A DNA stretch of 63,561 bases, counting the filler, from Corallochytrium limacisporum Hawaii (taxonomy: Eukaryota; Protista; Pluriformea): the NCBI GenBank assembly GCA_002811645.1. It is 8 parts of 8 records of this genome, joined end to end, with 100 filler letters (N's around TTAATTAATTAA, not from the genome) between each part and the next. Parts side by side here need not be neighbours in the genome. Positions count along the whole stretch, not along the records: positions 1 to 18,909 come from PDIP01000057.1; 7 more parts are not named here. One strand, given 5' to 3'. Under the pieces are notes generated by a model. That model saw only the letters and a list, made by a program, of their open reading frames with translations, was not told where the DNA came from and searched no databases. Position numbers and translations under genes: made by a program. Each line of letters opens with the position of its first letter. Within the stretch, counting starts at the first letter, position 1. Below are positions 1 through 11,641 of the stretch, one piece after another.

Positions 1-2222
1 GGGGGGGGGGGGGGGGGGAGAGGGCGTGATCTCGCCATCGTTTTCTCTGTGCCATCAATTTGCTTTGGTGCAGGCTACCGGTGCAGCACACCCACGGTTA
101 TACGCCAGTGAAAAAAAAGGATGGGGAAGACACTCTCACGTACACCTCAAACAGTTGTTCAATGGGTGGAAAATTATGGCTTTTTGATAGTCAGCCGTTT
201 CGATCATCTCTTCCATCATCCCCACCAAGGACATTATCTCACGACGGTGGTGGTTGGAGATAGATCGTTGCATAGCACTCTGCCCCATTTGTTAAGTACT
301 TTGCCGCGGAGTGACTTGACTACATACAATACAGTGAAAACAAAACCAGAAAGACTGTCCTTCCTTCCCCCCCGGGGGCCTATCTTCAAATCAGCATATT
401 CCAACTGATTGATAGGGAAAATGGCAAGGCACACCGCCTTCGGCGGAGTGCCTGGGAGACAGAAGGGAGCCCAGCGAGATAAGAATAAAGGATACCACTA
501 AATCAACAACAGAAGGAACGACAAGTGGTATAAGTCGTTTCTCTGTTGCCTGCATCTCTCCGTCTGCGGTGTACAAGCATAAGGGTTGCTAGAAGCCTGT
601 GTTGTGCTTCAGAGTTGTTCCTCTTTGCCTTGGTCACAAAAAGAAAAAGAAGAAGAAGGAGACGACCGACCGTACCGGAGGACCCTCCCAGCAATCTGGC
701 ACGTGCGGCCAGACAAGCACAGATCATTGGAACGGTAGACAAGTTTTCCTTTCCAATGTCGACAACCCTCCCTTCCCCCCCCCATACCAAGTGACAGCCC
801 ACCCAGAAAACAAGGGGCACCATACAATAGAAACAGAACATTTACTATTGGCAGAGTGTGGTTTGCGGCCGAGGGAAGACTGCATAGGGTACCGACTGCC
901 TTTCACGACGTTCCCACCGACTGTACAGAGAAATTAGGAAAAAGAAAGCTTCCAAAGAAGCAATCAGCGTACCAAAATGTTCTGAATCACAGCAGTTCAA
1001 TATACTTCCGCATTTTGAGTACACTAAGCCTAGTTTAGACAAATCTCGAACCCACAATCTTGGTCGCGGCTTCGTTGGGCTCCTAGGCTCCCCGAGGGCA
1101 ATACGTTCGATATAGAGACCGACGTGTTTTCTGTGGTGTTGTGCACCTCGCAGTGGAGAAAATCAGTAGAAATCTATACTGAAATTGTGTCAACACGGTA
1201 GCAGTTAGGGCATCATACAGGGTGAATCACTGTACTCAACTAGCAGGAAACACCCCCTTGAGTCGCACAAGGAAACAATGTGATCGGGGTCCTCCTTCTC
1301 TGCTGAGTGTTTTGGTCTTGGGCAAAAATGTTTTGGCTGTTCGGCCTAAGGCCTGGAGAACTCTGCGATGGCGGGAAACACATCTGTTCACGGGCTCGAC
1401 CACACACGTTGGTCAGCCGAGCCCAATGCTCCCGGTTTTCCGCTGACACAAGACGAAAGAACCGGGGGAAAATAGGGAGTGGGGATGGGAACAGCCCCTA
1501 TCCAAGGGGAGGTCCGTCCGGACGAGAAGGAGAGCAGGGCAGGACCCGCACCCCGGGAAAAAGGGGGGGGGGAAGGGGCCACCCTAAAGATTCAGTTTGC
1601 CATGTCGTTTGAATACGGAGAGCCGGAGTTAAAAATGTATGATCTGTTGAGAAGGGTGAAAGGGGGGAGAGGGGAAACTGGGTGTGTGGTTTCGCAGACA
1701 AGGAGGGGAGAATCTGAGAGAGAGAGAACAACTGCGGAGTTGGCAGCCCGCGGCAGGCCGGTGAGCGACGGGGTTTTCCAGTACATTTAGTATTGAAATC
1801 GCAGCACCGGTCTCCCGCACCGTATGTTCTCCCTGCTTGTCATCCCGAGGAGTTCGGAATAAAGAGTCACTCAGTCTCTGAAGGAACAATCTGCACATCA
1901 ACTCAACGGCAATTTGATTTCGCTTACGTTTGCTCCGGAGTTTGCTGATTGCTGAGTTGGGTCGTTGCGAGCCACGACAGCAACAGATTCTTTTGTGGCT
2001 GCGTAGACGGTTCTCAAGTCCGCAGGGATCACTAAAGGTACTTCCACCCGTCAACAGACAAGCTGGACAGTCTGATTGTGAGACCTTTCCATACCTGCTT
2101 GGATTGCATGTCAATTGCTTCACCAGCTATTTAAGTGTAATTTGTATGTTAAAGTGTGTTCAAGAGTGACAAATCTAGTACCTTCACGTGTTAAGAACGC
2201 AAAAATTAAACAGACAACCAAA

Positions 2223-3020
2223 ATGTTCCAGGAAATTCTCATGTCCAGCGATGAATTCAACAACAATTTGTTCATGGAGAACATTGATTTCGAATTCGGC
2301 GGTGCTGCTGACTTCCTGAACGACATGACCGGCACTACGCTGGCTGACTCCTCTGTGGACTCCCTATCTGCTGCTTCTCAGTACACTCCCGACGTCCAGA
2401 TTAATGAATGGGATAACCTGGAGCCAAACTTCCTTGACCAGGTGGACATCACTCCTCTGGCATGGCTGAACAACAATCGAGTTGTCAACTTTGGACCTCC
2501 CCTGCACGCTCCTGCTAACGTGCTGGAGGCCGAAGTTATTAACACTCCATCTCCGAGTGAGACGATCAGTGAAGGCAACAACAGCCACAACGGGGAGAAC
2601 CTCGAGAATTCCCCCAGCAAGCCCGGCTTTTCCTTCACGGCCATGATTGCTTCCGCTATCACCAGCCACCCCGAGCAAGAGGCAACTGTGAGGTATGTGT
2701 ACGAGTACATTAAGCATCACTTCCCCTACTACCGCAACGCCAAGGGTAACTGGAAGAACTCTGTGCGTCACAATCTGAGTCTGAACAAGTGCTTCACAAA
2801 GTCACACCGCGCTGCCAAGTGCGGAGATGGTAAGGGCGCTCTGTGGACAATCAAGCCTAGCGCTCGTGCTACCGTCCTGGCTGAGGCTCAGCGTGTTCTG
2901 GAGTCTGGACTCCTCAACCGCGTCCCCGCCATGGTGACTCTGGCCGTACGTGGTGAGACCATGCCCCAGCGGCTCCCCCTGCGTAGTCATGCCTCCGATG
3001 TGACCATAGCCTCGAACTAA
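2223..3020 (+). CDS. Forkhead-box transcription factor (FoxJ/FoxN-like)
   Basis: Forkhead domain KPGFSFTAMIASAI...VYEYIKHHFPYYR...WKNSVRHNLSLNKCF...GKGALW, with an acidic N-terminus. First in-frame ATG at 2223 (the ORF track starts at a TTG). Confidence 0.93.
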   Translation: MFQEILMSSDEFNNNLFMENIDFEFGGAADFLNDMTGTTLADSSVDSLSAASQYTPDVQINEWDNLEPNFLDQVDITPLAWLNNNRVVNFGPPLHAPANVLEAEVINTPSPSETISEGNNSHNGENLENSPSKPGFSFTAMIASAITSHPEQEATVRYVYEYIKHHFPYYRNAKGNWKNSVRHNLSLNKCFTKSHRAAKCGDGKGALWTIKPSARATVLAEAQRVLESGLLNRVPAMVTLAVRGETMPQRLPLRSHASDVTIASN

Positions 3021-4176
3021 GAGGGCTGCTGGATAGCTCGTATCAAAACGCATAATTTTCTATTTGTTCATCACAAGATTACACGGTGAGCATGCTGGAG
3101 CATGTTCATACGTGAAACATGGCATACTCTTATCATATAATCCTTTAACATACATCATCTAAAGTTCCATACAAAACTCAGTCATCTGTTGGTCATACTC
3201 CGAGACAGTGTCCAGTGTGGTGTGGGTAGACCACCAGAGGGACCACACGTCTTCAACCCGGTCCGGCTACATTGTGCCGTATAAGCCCTCCCATAGAACA
3301 CCCCTCAATACATAGGGGTACACAAGCGCTTGCTAATCTGAGAAAATTGAGGCTTGACTTGTATTGACCTGGTGATTTCAGGTTGTAGAATATTGAAACT
3401 TTGAGACATCACCCATTCGTTGCGATAGACATTGATACTATTCTAAAAACAGAATTTGCTCGTCATAGAGGTATAAGTCAGCCGAGCAGGAGAGGCACAC
3501 ACATTCCCGGCTGCACAGGTCAACCTCTGGCTCTTTCCGGACCCATCGACCCTTGCTCGATTCTGCAGGACGGCAAACTGTTCACCATATCCTGTACATT
3601 GGCTGGGGTATCATACACCTTTTGCCGCGATGAATCGTAGATGGGGTTCTCCTGCTCTGTAACAGTGCCCTGTGCATTTTTATTGATTAAAGTCGAGAAA
3701 TTGAATGCTTTGAAATCATTGATTCGTTTATAAAATCACAAAATATCATCACCCGCAACGGTTGGCAGCCTCTCCCGCGATTGGAAGGGGAATCGTAACA
3801 CTGGAAGGCGGCGCTTTCCTTTCCCCCCCCCCCGGGGGGCGGGGAGGGGGGTGGGAGAGAGGGAAAAGGCCGCGGAAAGGAGAAGAGAGGGGAACTGCCT
3901 TTCTTAACCCCCCCCCCCGGGGGGAGCCCCGGGGGGGGGGGCAACCCTCTCGCGAAGATAATTCCCCAACAAACCCCCCCACTACCCCCTTTATGCCTGC
4001 AGTTTTGCCGAAGAGTGCCGTCGCAGTTCCCGGGGAACCCCGGCCACATCTTCCCCCGGGGGACTCGCGAAACGGTTATAGGCTCCGCCCCTGGCATCAG
4101 CTACAGTTCCTGTGTACGAGGCAAGCTGAGTATCTCGTGTCCATTCACCAGTCTATTACTCCGTTTTATACATTTA

Positions 4177-6981
4177 CTAGATAATGTAGCTACCGCCTGT
4201 GACATTGATGCCGCGAGGGACGGCCACTCGGAGGGCCGGGTACTCTGTCACTCGATTGCAACCCCAGATGCTAACGTTTGTGAGCACGGGACACTTTTCT
4301 AAGATGGTGGTGAGAATTTCATCTGTTACGCATCGTACGAAGCTCAGATCCAAAGACTTGAGCCGGGCGTGTTCACAGGTGGTGAAGAAATTCTGCAACG
4401 ATTCACTGGAGATCTTGGCCACGGAGTTGATGTTCAAGTACTCTAGGTGTCGCCAGTTCGGGGCACTCTGTTTAACGAACGCATCCGTGAGCTCATTGCA
4501 CCGCATGACATTAAGCGACTTCAGCCCCTTGCATGCCTCCGCCACGGGCAGAAGAGCCGCATCAGTGAGTGCATCTATCTCACTGACATCAAGGGTCTCT
4601 AGGTTGGGACACTTTCTGCCCACTACGGCAAGTGATTCATCTGTGAGCAGCTCACAACCGCCAACGCAGAAGGACATCAGTTGCGATCCAAACTTTTCCA
4701 GCAGTTTCAGAACCAAATCATCTGTCACACCCGTGCTCTTACCAAGAGTGATATTCTTGAGCTTGGTGCATGCCAGGAGATGCTCTAGATCCTTTTCGCC
4801 CAGGCCTTCACACCAGTACAGCTCCACAGTCTCCAACGTGTCTCCGTGTCGTTCTTGCAACATTTTCAACGCGAGAGGGCCAATTTCCGGATTGCCGGCA
4901 ATACGAAATTTCTTCAGGCCCTTATTGCAGTGCTCGAGGAAGGACCGGATACCTTCATCGCTGAGCAAGTGACAGCCATCTAGATGCACAGACTCCAGAT
5001 TTGGGCATCCACCGGCAAAGCCAATAAGTTGCGGATCACGCATCTGACCACAATCGATCAGCTCGAGCTTCTCCATGAGAGGACAGGCATCCACCATGTT
5101 GGTGAAGCCACCAGGACTAATCTTGGCACAATCTGGGATGCGCATTTCCGTGGTATCAGGGTACAGGAAGAGCGTCAAAATGTCATCATCGATCTTGCGA
5201 TGCTTGCAGGCCAGCTGAACAATGCGCTCAATGGCGTCCGGGTCAAGGAACCCTAGAGTCTCTACTTGCTCCATCTTCTGCACAATAAATCGAATGCACA
5301 GCTCCTGAAGTGGTAGCACCTGCGGCAGCAACTCATCTAGCAGTGACCCACGTCCGTATCCGCGTCGAATTCTTTTGCGATTTCTCGCATCGGCTTCATC
5401 GCCATCGCCTAGCTCACGGCGCTCCGCCGCTTCGTTGGCCTTGCCGATGCATTGACTGCATAGACCACGCTTGTCCAGCACATCAAGGATGTTTCCACAG
5501 GCGAAGCAGATGGGATTGCGTACGTCCTGCATGCGCTTTTCCCGGCGTCGCTTCATTTCACGGGTCCACTCGTCTTCTTCCTCAGAAGATGAATCATCAT
5601 CACTGTCATCGTCATCGCTATCCACGGCCTTACCTTTACCTTTGCCCTTGCCCTTTCCTTTGCCCTTTCCCTTGCCCTTTCCCTTGCCCTTGCCCTTTCC
5701 CTTGCCCTTGCCCTTGCCCTTGCCCTTGCCCTTGCCCTTGCCCTTGTCCTTTCCTGCCAACTTGTCGTCCTTACCTTTGCGGACTGGACGCTTTCCGCTA
5801 CGGGGGCTCACTCGGCGTTTGCCGGTATCATCATCACTGTCCGGTTCGTACTCTTCACTGAAAGCTGGATCGTCGTCATCATCGTCGTCGTCACCAGCTT
5901 GCATTTCCCTTCGGAGGCGTTCTAGTCGCTCCCGCCGAGTCTCATTCCTGTACTCTTCGTCCTCAACATCTTCAAAGTCGTCATCGTCGTCGTCTGCGGA
6001 GATGGTAGAAGCTTCTGAGGCCTCATCGTCGACAGATTTCTTTCCCTTTCGCCCTTTCTTGGCTGTCCGGCCGGACGACTCTCTGGTCCCAGGTTCCTTC
6101 CCCTCTCGTCGCCGTTTCCTTGATTCTCGTACCTTCCGCGCGTGTGCAGCATGACTGTTCTCATCGTGGTGTTCTTCTGACGGTCCGGCCTCATCGTTGT
6201 CGTCTGCGCGAACAGCAGGGTCAAAGCGTCGACCGCGAGCCTTGATGCCCTTTTCACGAAGGAATTCAGACAGAGCAGACGTGGGACCAGCGACCCTTCG
6301 TGCCCGGATGGGTTCTTCTTGGCCCCCTTCTTCGTTGTTTACTGCTGGTTCCGCGTCAACATCAATGCGCTCAGGGGCTGCTTCTTCGCCGACCACTTCG
6401 ATGTCTTCATCACCTGTAAATGCATAGGCCCCCATATAGCTGTGCACCATATTCTCTACCACTCCAGTGCCACCACTATTGTCCACCTTACCGCCCGCTG
6501 TCGCGTGCGAAGATGATGACGATGGCCCTCCCAACAATGCTGCAGCTGCTCCAGAGCCGCTCGCCTCGGCTCCGTTATTACGCATGTTAATGGCTGTGGC
6601 AGACCCGGCATGCAATGAGTCTCCACCTTCAACCTTTCGTTTCGGTGCTTCCATTTTGTGCCGCTGTCGACCGATCACCTTCACCGCTGAAGGTTTGTAG
6701 ATGCCCTCGTCTTTCAAACGTTGCGCTTCTTTCCGTACCTTACACTGACTGCAGAACCACTCGCTGTCGTCGTCTTCAATATCGTCCTCATCGAGACCTA
6801 AGCACTCCAAGTGGAACGCCTTCGGACAGCCGTCACACATGATCAGTGGAAAGCCAGCCGAAGCTTTCTTTTCGCAGATGTTGCACCAGTCATTATTCTC
6901 ATGGGGGCTGTCACCATTCTCATTGGTGTGGTTTGGCTCTTCTACAGCCTTTCCTTTGCCCTTAGCTGCCCTGGACGACAT
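4177..6981 (-). CDS. RAD7: Rad7-like LRR DNA-repair protein with N-terminal PHD finger
   Basis: PHD finger (CNIC...CDGCPKAFHLEC...WFCSQC), Rad7-type GPTSALSEFLREKGI motif, C4 knuckle CFAC..CSQC, LQELC box and C-terminal cysteine-containing LRRs. Likely start is accATGtcg at 6981 (ORF open to 7077). Confidence 0.8.
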   Translation of the reverse strand: MSSRAAKGKGKAVEEPNHTNENGDSPHENNDWCNICEKKASAGFPLIMCDGCPKAFHLECLGLDEDDIEDDDSEWFCSQCKVRKEAQRLKDEGIYKPSAVKVIGRQRHKMEAPKRKVEGGDSLHAGSATAINMRNNGAEASGSGAAAALLGGPSSSSSHATAGGKVDNSGGTGVVENMVHSYMGAYAFTGDEDIEVVGEEAAPERIDVDAEPAVNNEEGGQEEPIRARRVAGPTSALSEFLREKGIKARGRRFDPAVRADDNDEAGPSEEHHDENSHAAHARKVRESRKRRREGKEPGTRESSGRTAKKGRKGKKSVDDEASEASTISADDDDDDFEDVEDEEYRNETRRERLERLRREMQAGDDDDDDDDPAFSEEYEPDSDDDTGKRRVSPRSGKRPVRKGKDDKLAGKDKGKGKGKGKGKGKGKGKGKGKGKGKGKGKGKGKGKGKGKAVDSDDDDSDDDSSSEEEDEWTREMKRRREKRMQDVRNPICFACGNILDVLDKRGLCSQCIGKANEAAERRELGDGDEADARNRKRIRRGYGRGSLLDELLPQVLPLQELCIRFIVQKMEQVETLGFLDPDAIERIVQLACKHRKIDDDILTLFLYPDTTEMRIPDCAKISPGGFTNMVDACPLMEKLELIDCGQMRDPQLIGFAGGCPNLESVHLDGCHLLSDEGIRSFLEHCNKGLKKFRIAGNPEIGPLALKMLQERHGDTLETVELYWCEGLGEKDLEHLLACTKLKNITLGKSTGVTDDLVLKLLEKFGSQLMSFCVGGCELLTDESLAVVGRKCPNLETLDVSEIDALTDAALLPVAEACKGLKSLNVMRCNELTDAFVKQSAPNWRHLEYLNINSVAKISSESLQNFFTTCEHARLKSLDLSFVRCVTDEILTTILEKCPVLTNVSIWGCNRVTEYPALRVAVPRGINVTGGSYII
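5629..5746 (-). repeat. In-frame 6-bp tandem repeat encoding a (Gly-Lys)n tract of about 19 units
   Basis: (cccttg/cctttc)n on the + strand reads GKGKGK... in the Rad7-like ORF. Confidence 0.95.
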
Positions 6982-7852
6982 GGTAGTGGGCGTCTTTGCC
7001 GGCGTCCCTCGACCCTTCTGGGTCACGCCTACCATACTTACCGTCCCCTTTTCCGAATCTTCACTTTCGGGGATCACTCACCGGATCCGAATAGATTGCA
7101 TGTACGCCTCCCTTGGTGCATCAGTTGTGCTGAAATTCACGGCTTGAGCCCTGCTTTCCTATGTACCAGTCAAAGCTAAGACTTTGTAGCGCCGGATAAT
7201 CTACAAGCACACAAACAGAGTGCCTGCCCGGGACAGCTCGAACGCCGCTCTCCCCATCTCTCGCCTGTGTGCCGTCGTTGTTCTTTGCTTTGCCCTTTTT
7301 GCCTATTCACGTTTTCTTCGCCTCCATCGCTCTGTGTGCGTGTCGGCAGCCAGACCCAAAAAAAAAACCTTGCCCACTGAGCTCACGGTCTGCGGAACGG
7401 CCGGGAAGGGGGGCGGGCGGGCGTCCCTTGTCCCTCAATACCCGTCTTTCTGCAATACTTCGTTCACTACACACTCTCCCTCCGGCCCTCCCCCCTCCCC
7501 CACGCGAGAACCGCAGGCGGTCGTGGAGAACCCCCCCCCCTTCCCGGGGTAGCGGGGCGCCGGCGCACACGTACAGCACGCAACACAATACAAACAGCAC
7601 GGAAGAGGAAGGTCGTTGCAAAACGAAGTCGAGGGTATGCGCCGGGGTCAACACAGGGATGTTATATTCGTGTCTTTTGGGTAATGAATACATAGTGCTC
7701 CGCTGATCATGCCGCAGTGGTCTTCTAACAGTAAGAATGGAACAAATGGGTACTTCACAAACCAGCACGGTTGCATATCAGGGCAGCGCTGTTCGGGCCT
7801 AGAGCACATTGGCTGGTTTGGAACTAGACAGGTACGTCACATAGCGGTAAAC

Positions 7853-8188
7853 ATGGGTCTCACGCAACAGCCCACATATGAGGTGGATGGCCACGTCGTT
7901 CGTAACACGGAGCGTGAACGTGTTCGCGCTTTGGTGAAAAAGGAAGCTCTCAAGCGCTGTGAAGAGTACGTGATCCCCTACATGGACTGCCGTAAGGGAA
8001 AGTTCGTGAGCTTGATCTGGGAATGTCATTCAGAACTAGATAAGCTAAACCAGTGCCTTCACAGCTGGACAACCGAAGAAGTTATGGAGAAGCGTCTAAA
8101 GGACTATGTCCGAGACCGTGAGGAGAAGATTGCCAAGGGCGAGCACCTTGTGCTGGAGGAAACAACGAAGAAGAAAGGAGGGTTGTAG
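7853..8188 (+). CDS. CMC1: Twin CX9C mitochondrial COX assembly protein (Cmc1-like)
   Basis: KEALKR-C-x9-C-...W-E-C-x9-C spacing in a 111-aa protein. ATG at 7853. Confidence 0.85.
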   Translation: MGLTQQPTYEVDGHVVRNTERERVRALVKKEALKRCEEYVIPYMDCRKGKFVSLIWECHSELDKLNQCLHSWTTEEVMEKRLKDYVRDREEKIAKGEHLVLEETTKKKGGL

Positions 8189-8834
8189 ATTAAGACCTTT
8201 GCCATTTTGCTGCATACTATCAACATTAAAGAATCATTGACATTATATCCATGACACTTAGCATGCCCGTACCCGCATCTATCCATCACTGCCGCAAGAA
8301 AGCGTGAGCTGAGGCTTTCAGGTTGTGTATACCAAAATGACTGGCTCCTGTCCCACTCCGTACCCCAACACCCTTCCTTGCTGCGCGGGCCTTTTCAACT
8401 TTGACAGCCGTAAAAATAGGCCCCTATTTAATTCAATGAAGGGTTCAGGTTTTCCCCTCATCTACGGTTTGACCATAGTAAATATACTGTATTGGGTATA
8501 CAGCCAATCATCATCAAGTGATCACGTCCCGAGTATCCCTACAGTGCCGAAGGCCCTCAGAAAATGGTGACCTGAGCGGTACATTCAGTACCGTTTAAAC
8601 CGCAGTGACTTTCCCACTCTCCAAATTCCCACCTGTCCCGCGAACAAAATCGAATCCGCGCCGCTTGGGTATAGAAAATATATGGCACTTTTACGACAAT
8701 ATGATTCAGAAAATAGTAACAGGGCAGTCGGAATGCCTACTAACGGACGCGGCGAGCGAAGCCAGAATTTAATGGATGGGAGCGCGTACGGACAGACTAA
8801 CATCAGTTCTTCTCTCCCTTTTAGCTCCGCGGTG

Positions 8835-8911
8835 GAGAGAGCGAGAGCGACACGGGGAAAGAGAGGTCAGAGAGACAGAGACAGAGAGAGAGAGAGAGCG
8901 ACGAGACACCG

Positions 8912-8949
<38 letters not shown>

Positions 8950-8990
8950 GGAGAGAGAGAGAGAGAGAGATAAGAGGCAGCGAGTGACAG
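8835..8990. repeat. (GA)n microsatellite, partly degenerate
   Basis: Long gagaga run. Other microsatellites lie at ~10221-10250 (CA), 10763-10818 (CT), 12905-12930 (TG), 13053-13070 (CA), 13242-13270 (GAA), 13459-13477 (AG) and 14240-14256 (TG). Confidence 0.95.
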
Positions 8991-11474
8991 AGACATGAGA
9001 GGGAGATGGAAGCAAGAGAATTGAGAGGGTAGAATGCGCATTCGAAAAATATCAACGCTTTTTTTTCGTGTTCTGGCCTCTTTTGGGTATATTGCCCGTA
9101 GGGAAGGGCATCCAGACGGCCGGGGCGCGCCGAGAGTTTTGTTGTGCAGAATGCTCTAATAAGCGTACGGTGGCAAGTGCCGAACGATCGGCATTCGTGG
9201 AGCGGGGTCAGCAAACGATGAGGCAGTTGGGCATCGCTCGCTTGCACCCTGCGTGCATGCATGCATAAGTGTGATCCACCACAGGGCTGTAAGAATCTAA
9301 CATGTGCAGATGTGCCCAATTTCAGGTTAGCATGTGATAACGCGGGGACGGTGATACCTGCACATGGCCGCGAGAGACAACAAGATCCTGGAACTGTCAG
9401 CGATTCCCTCCCGCTGTGTGTTCTCCGCCCCTGTGTCTGTGCAGGCCCTGGGCAAAGAGATTATGAAGTAAGATTGAACGTCCCTTCCAAAAAACCTCCA
9501 CCACCATCATCATTCTTCAGACTCCGGGCCCCATGCCCTTCCGATGGTTTGTGTCGACCTACCTACCGTCCGTTCACCTGTACCTCTACCGAGACATGAG
9601 ACGAAGTTGGCGATTTATCCAGGCTATGTGTACATAATACGGGTGAAACTGATATCCAGACCTTCGCCGGGGAGAGTGGTAGTGAGGGGCATGACGACGA
9701 AGGTTCATCCCCATAACCCCCCTCCCTGGCCGCCTCCCGGCTTCGTACGCCCAATACACCACCTCATTCGCTGCATCCCGCAAGTTGGAGGAGCTGAGGC
9801 GGCCCTGAATTACGAAGAGGAGGCGATATACACACGTACGATGACGGTATTTCCCCGCTAAAACCACCTCTTGGCACTGGTGATGACGATGCTTGTACAA
9901 GCCTACTGCCCGGCTGGTCAGTGTGTAAAGGTATGCGAACCCAGTGCTACCGTTTCGGCTCTCGTTGTGTGCTGGGGTCCGAGGTACGCCCAATACACCC
10001 GAACCACGCACACGAAGCCATACTGGACCCATCCCCTTTGCACCGCTCCGAATCCTGTTGATCTGGTGCAATCCCCCACCCTCCCCTTCCCCCAAGGCAC
10101 AAGGTTTTTTCCTTCTGCCTACGTTTGGGGGAGAGTGCGAGAGAGTTTTAGCTCTGACGGGTTTTTGCAGCGAGGGAGGCGGGAGATCTGCGGGACTGAT
10201 TAGTCGGTTTCCTCCTCCTCCACACATACACACACACACACACATACATACGTACAGACATACAAACATGGTGTCACAGACATGCAGAATGTAGTATTCA
10301 CGACCTGCAATTGGCGATCCAGACATCCTAAAACCCAGAAATTCCAGCCGACCTGAAAACCCGCACTAAAAGTTTGTTTTTCTTCTGGGATCACGGCGGG
10401 CAACCTGATCAGAACTCTACTCGTCAATTTGCGTACGGGCCTGGCCTGGCTTTCTCCTGTCTCCCGTTTTGTGTGCCCGTCCTTTCCTATCGGAGACGGA
10501 GGGCCACAGGGGATCGGGCACGACTGGCAGACCGACCCACTGGCCCATTGGACAATTGGGCTAGCGGACCAATTCTACAATTGGGCTCTCTCCCGATAGA
10601 TGATCAGACGACGATGATGTGTAAGGTATGAAGTGGAGCACCAGTTCAGTCTGCAGTTGCGCATCAAGGTTCTTCTTTGGTCAACCGACTTTCCTTACCG
10701 TAACCATGTCCGTTGGATGGTTGCGGTAGATGCTGAGCCACACGTATACACTCCGCAGCGAGAGCTCTCACTCTCTCTCACTCTCTCTCTTGCTCTCTCT
10801 CTCTCTCTCTTGCTCTCTCGGTCGTTCCCCGCTCCGCTCGCTGGGCTTTGTGGCTGGTGCTGTTTCCTTCTCAATTTTTCCCAATCTCCGCTTACCACCA
10901 ACCAACCCCCCCGCGGGGCGACCGTCGGAATTCGCGAGGAGGCACCACCAGGTGACAGTGACACAGAACCCGGACTAAAGAGACACCAGATTCCGTAGGC
11001 GTATCAAAGTGCTGACTACCGAGGGTGTTATTTTTTTGTTGCTCCCTTCCGCAGGAATGAGTAAAAGAAACAAAAGAAAAAGGGGGGAGGGGAGGGAGGG
11101 GAGAAAGAGAAACAAGGAAAAGAACCAGAGAGCGAGAGAGAATCCAGGAGAGCAATGTCTAGGGCGAAAAGCAAAAGATGTACTACCGTAGACTCTCACG
11201 CAGCAATTCTGAAGGGTGCAAAAGGGAACCCGAATATTTAATGTCCGCTGCCGGGCGTCCGCAATATTTTTGAAAAAAAAAAGAGAAAAGAAGAAAATAA
11301 CATAGAAAAAAGACCGAGGAGAGACCAAGAGATTCGAAGGCCGGGGTCGGCTGAAATTTTGAAATAAGAATGAAGGTAGCCGACAGGAAAAAGGCAAGGG
11401 AGGAAAGAACGAAGAAGAAAAGGGGGAGCGAATGTGAGAAAAACTCCACATCAGCGAATAACGAATGTGAGAAA

Positions 11475-11641
11475 ATGGTTGACTTGGATAGAACAAGAAA
11501 AGCCCAAAAAAACTTAACTCCCGAAGAGGAAAATCTTCTTCAGGCGCTCAGGAAGCAAGGAAAGGATGTGAACTTCGTAAACCACCGGTTCCTTGGTCGA
11601 AACCAAAGACTCTCTGTACATTGAGTACTTAATCGAGTATC
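11475..11641 (+). pseudogene. Degenerate Myb/SANT-like repeat fragment
   Basis: LTPEEENLLQALRKQGKDVNFVNHRFLGRNQ follows the Myb pattern WTxEEDxxL...GxxWxxIAxxFxGR with the Trp residues lost. It then stops or frameshifts. Confidence 0.35.

Noticed and set aside
1035-1100. B-box-like GGTTCGAG on the minus strand suggesting a tRNA
   Set aside because: No cloverleaf can be built: the T stem and acceptor stem do not pair.
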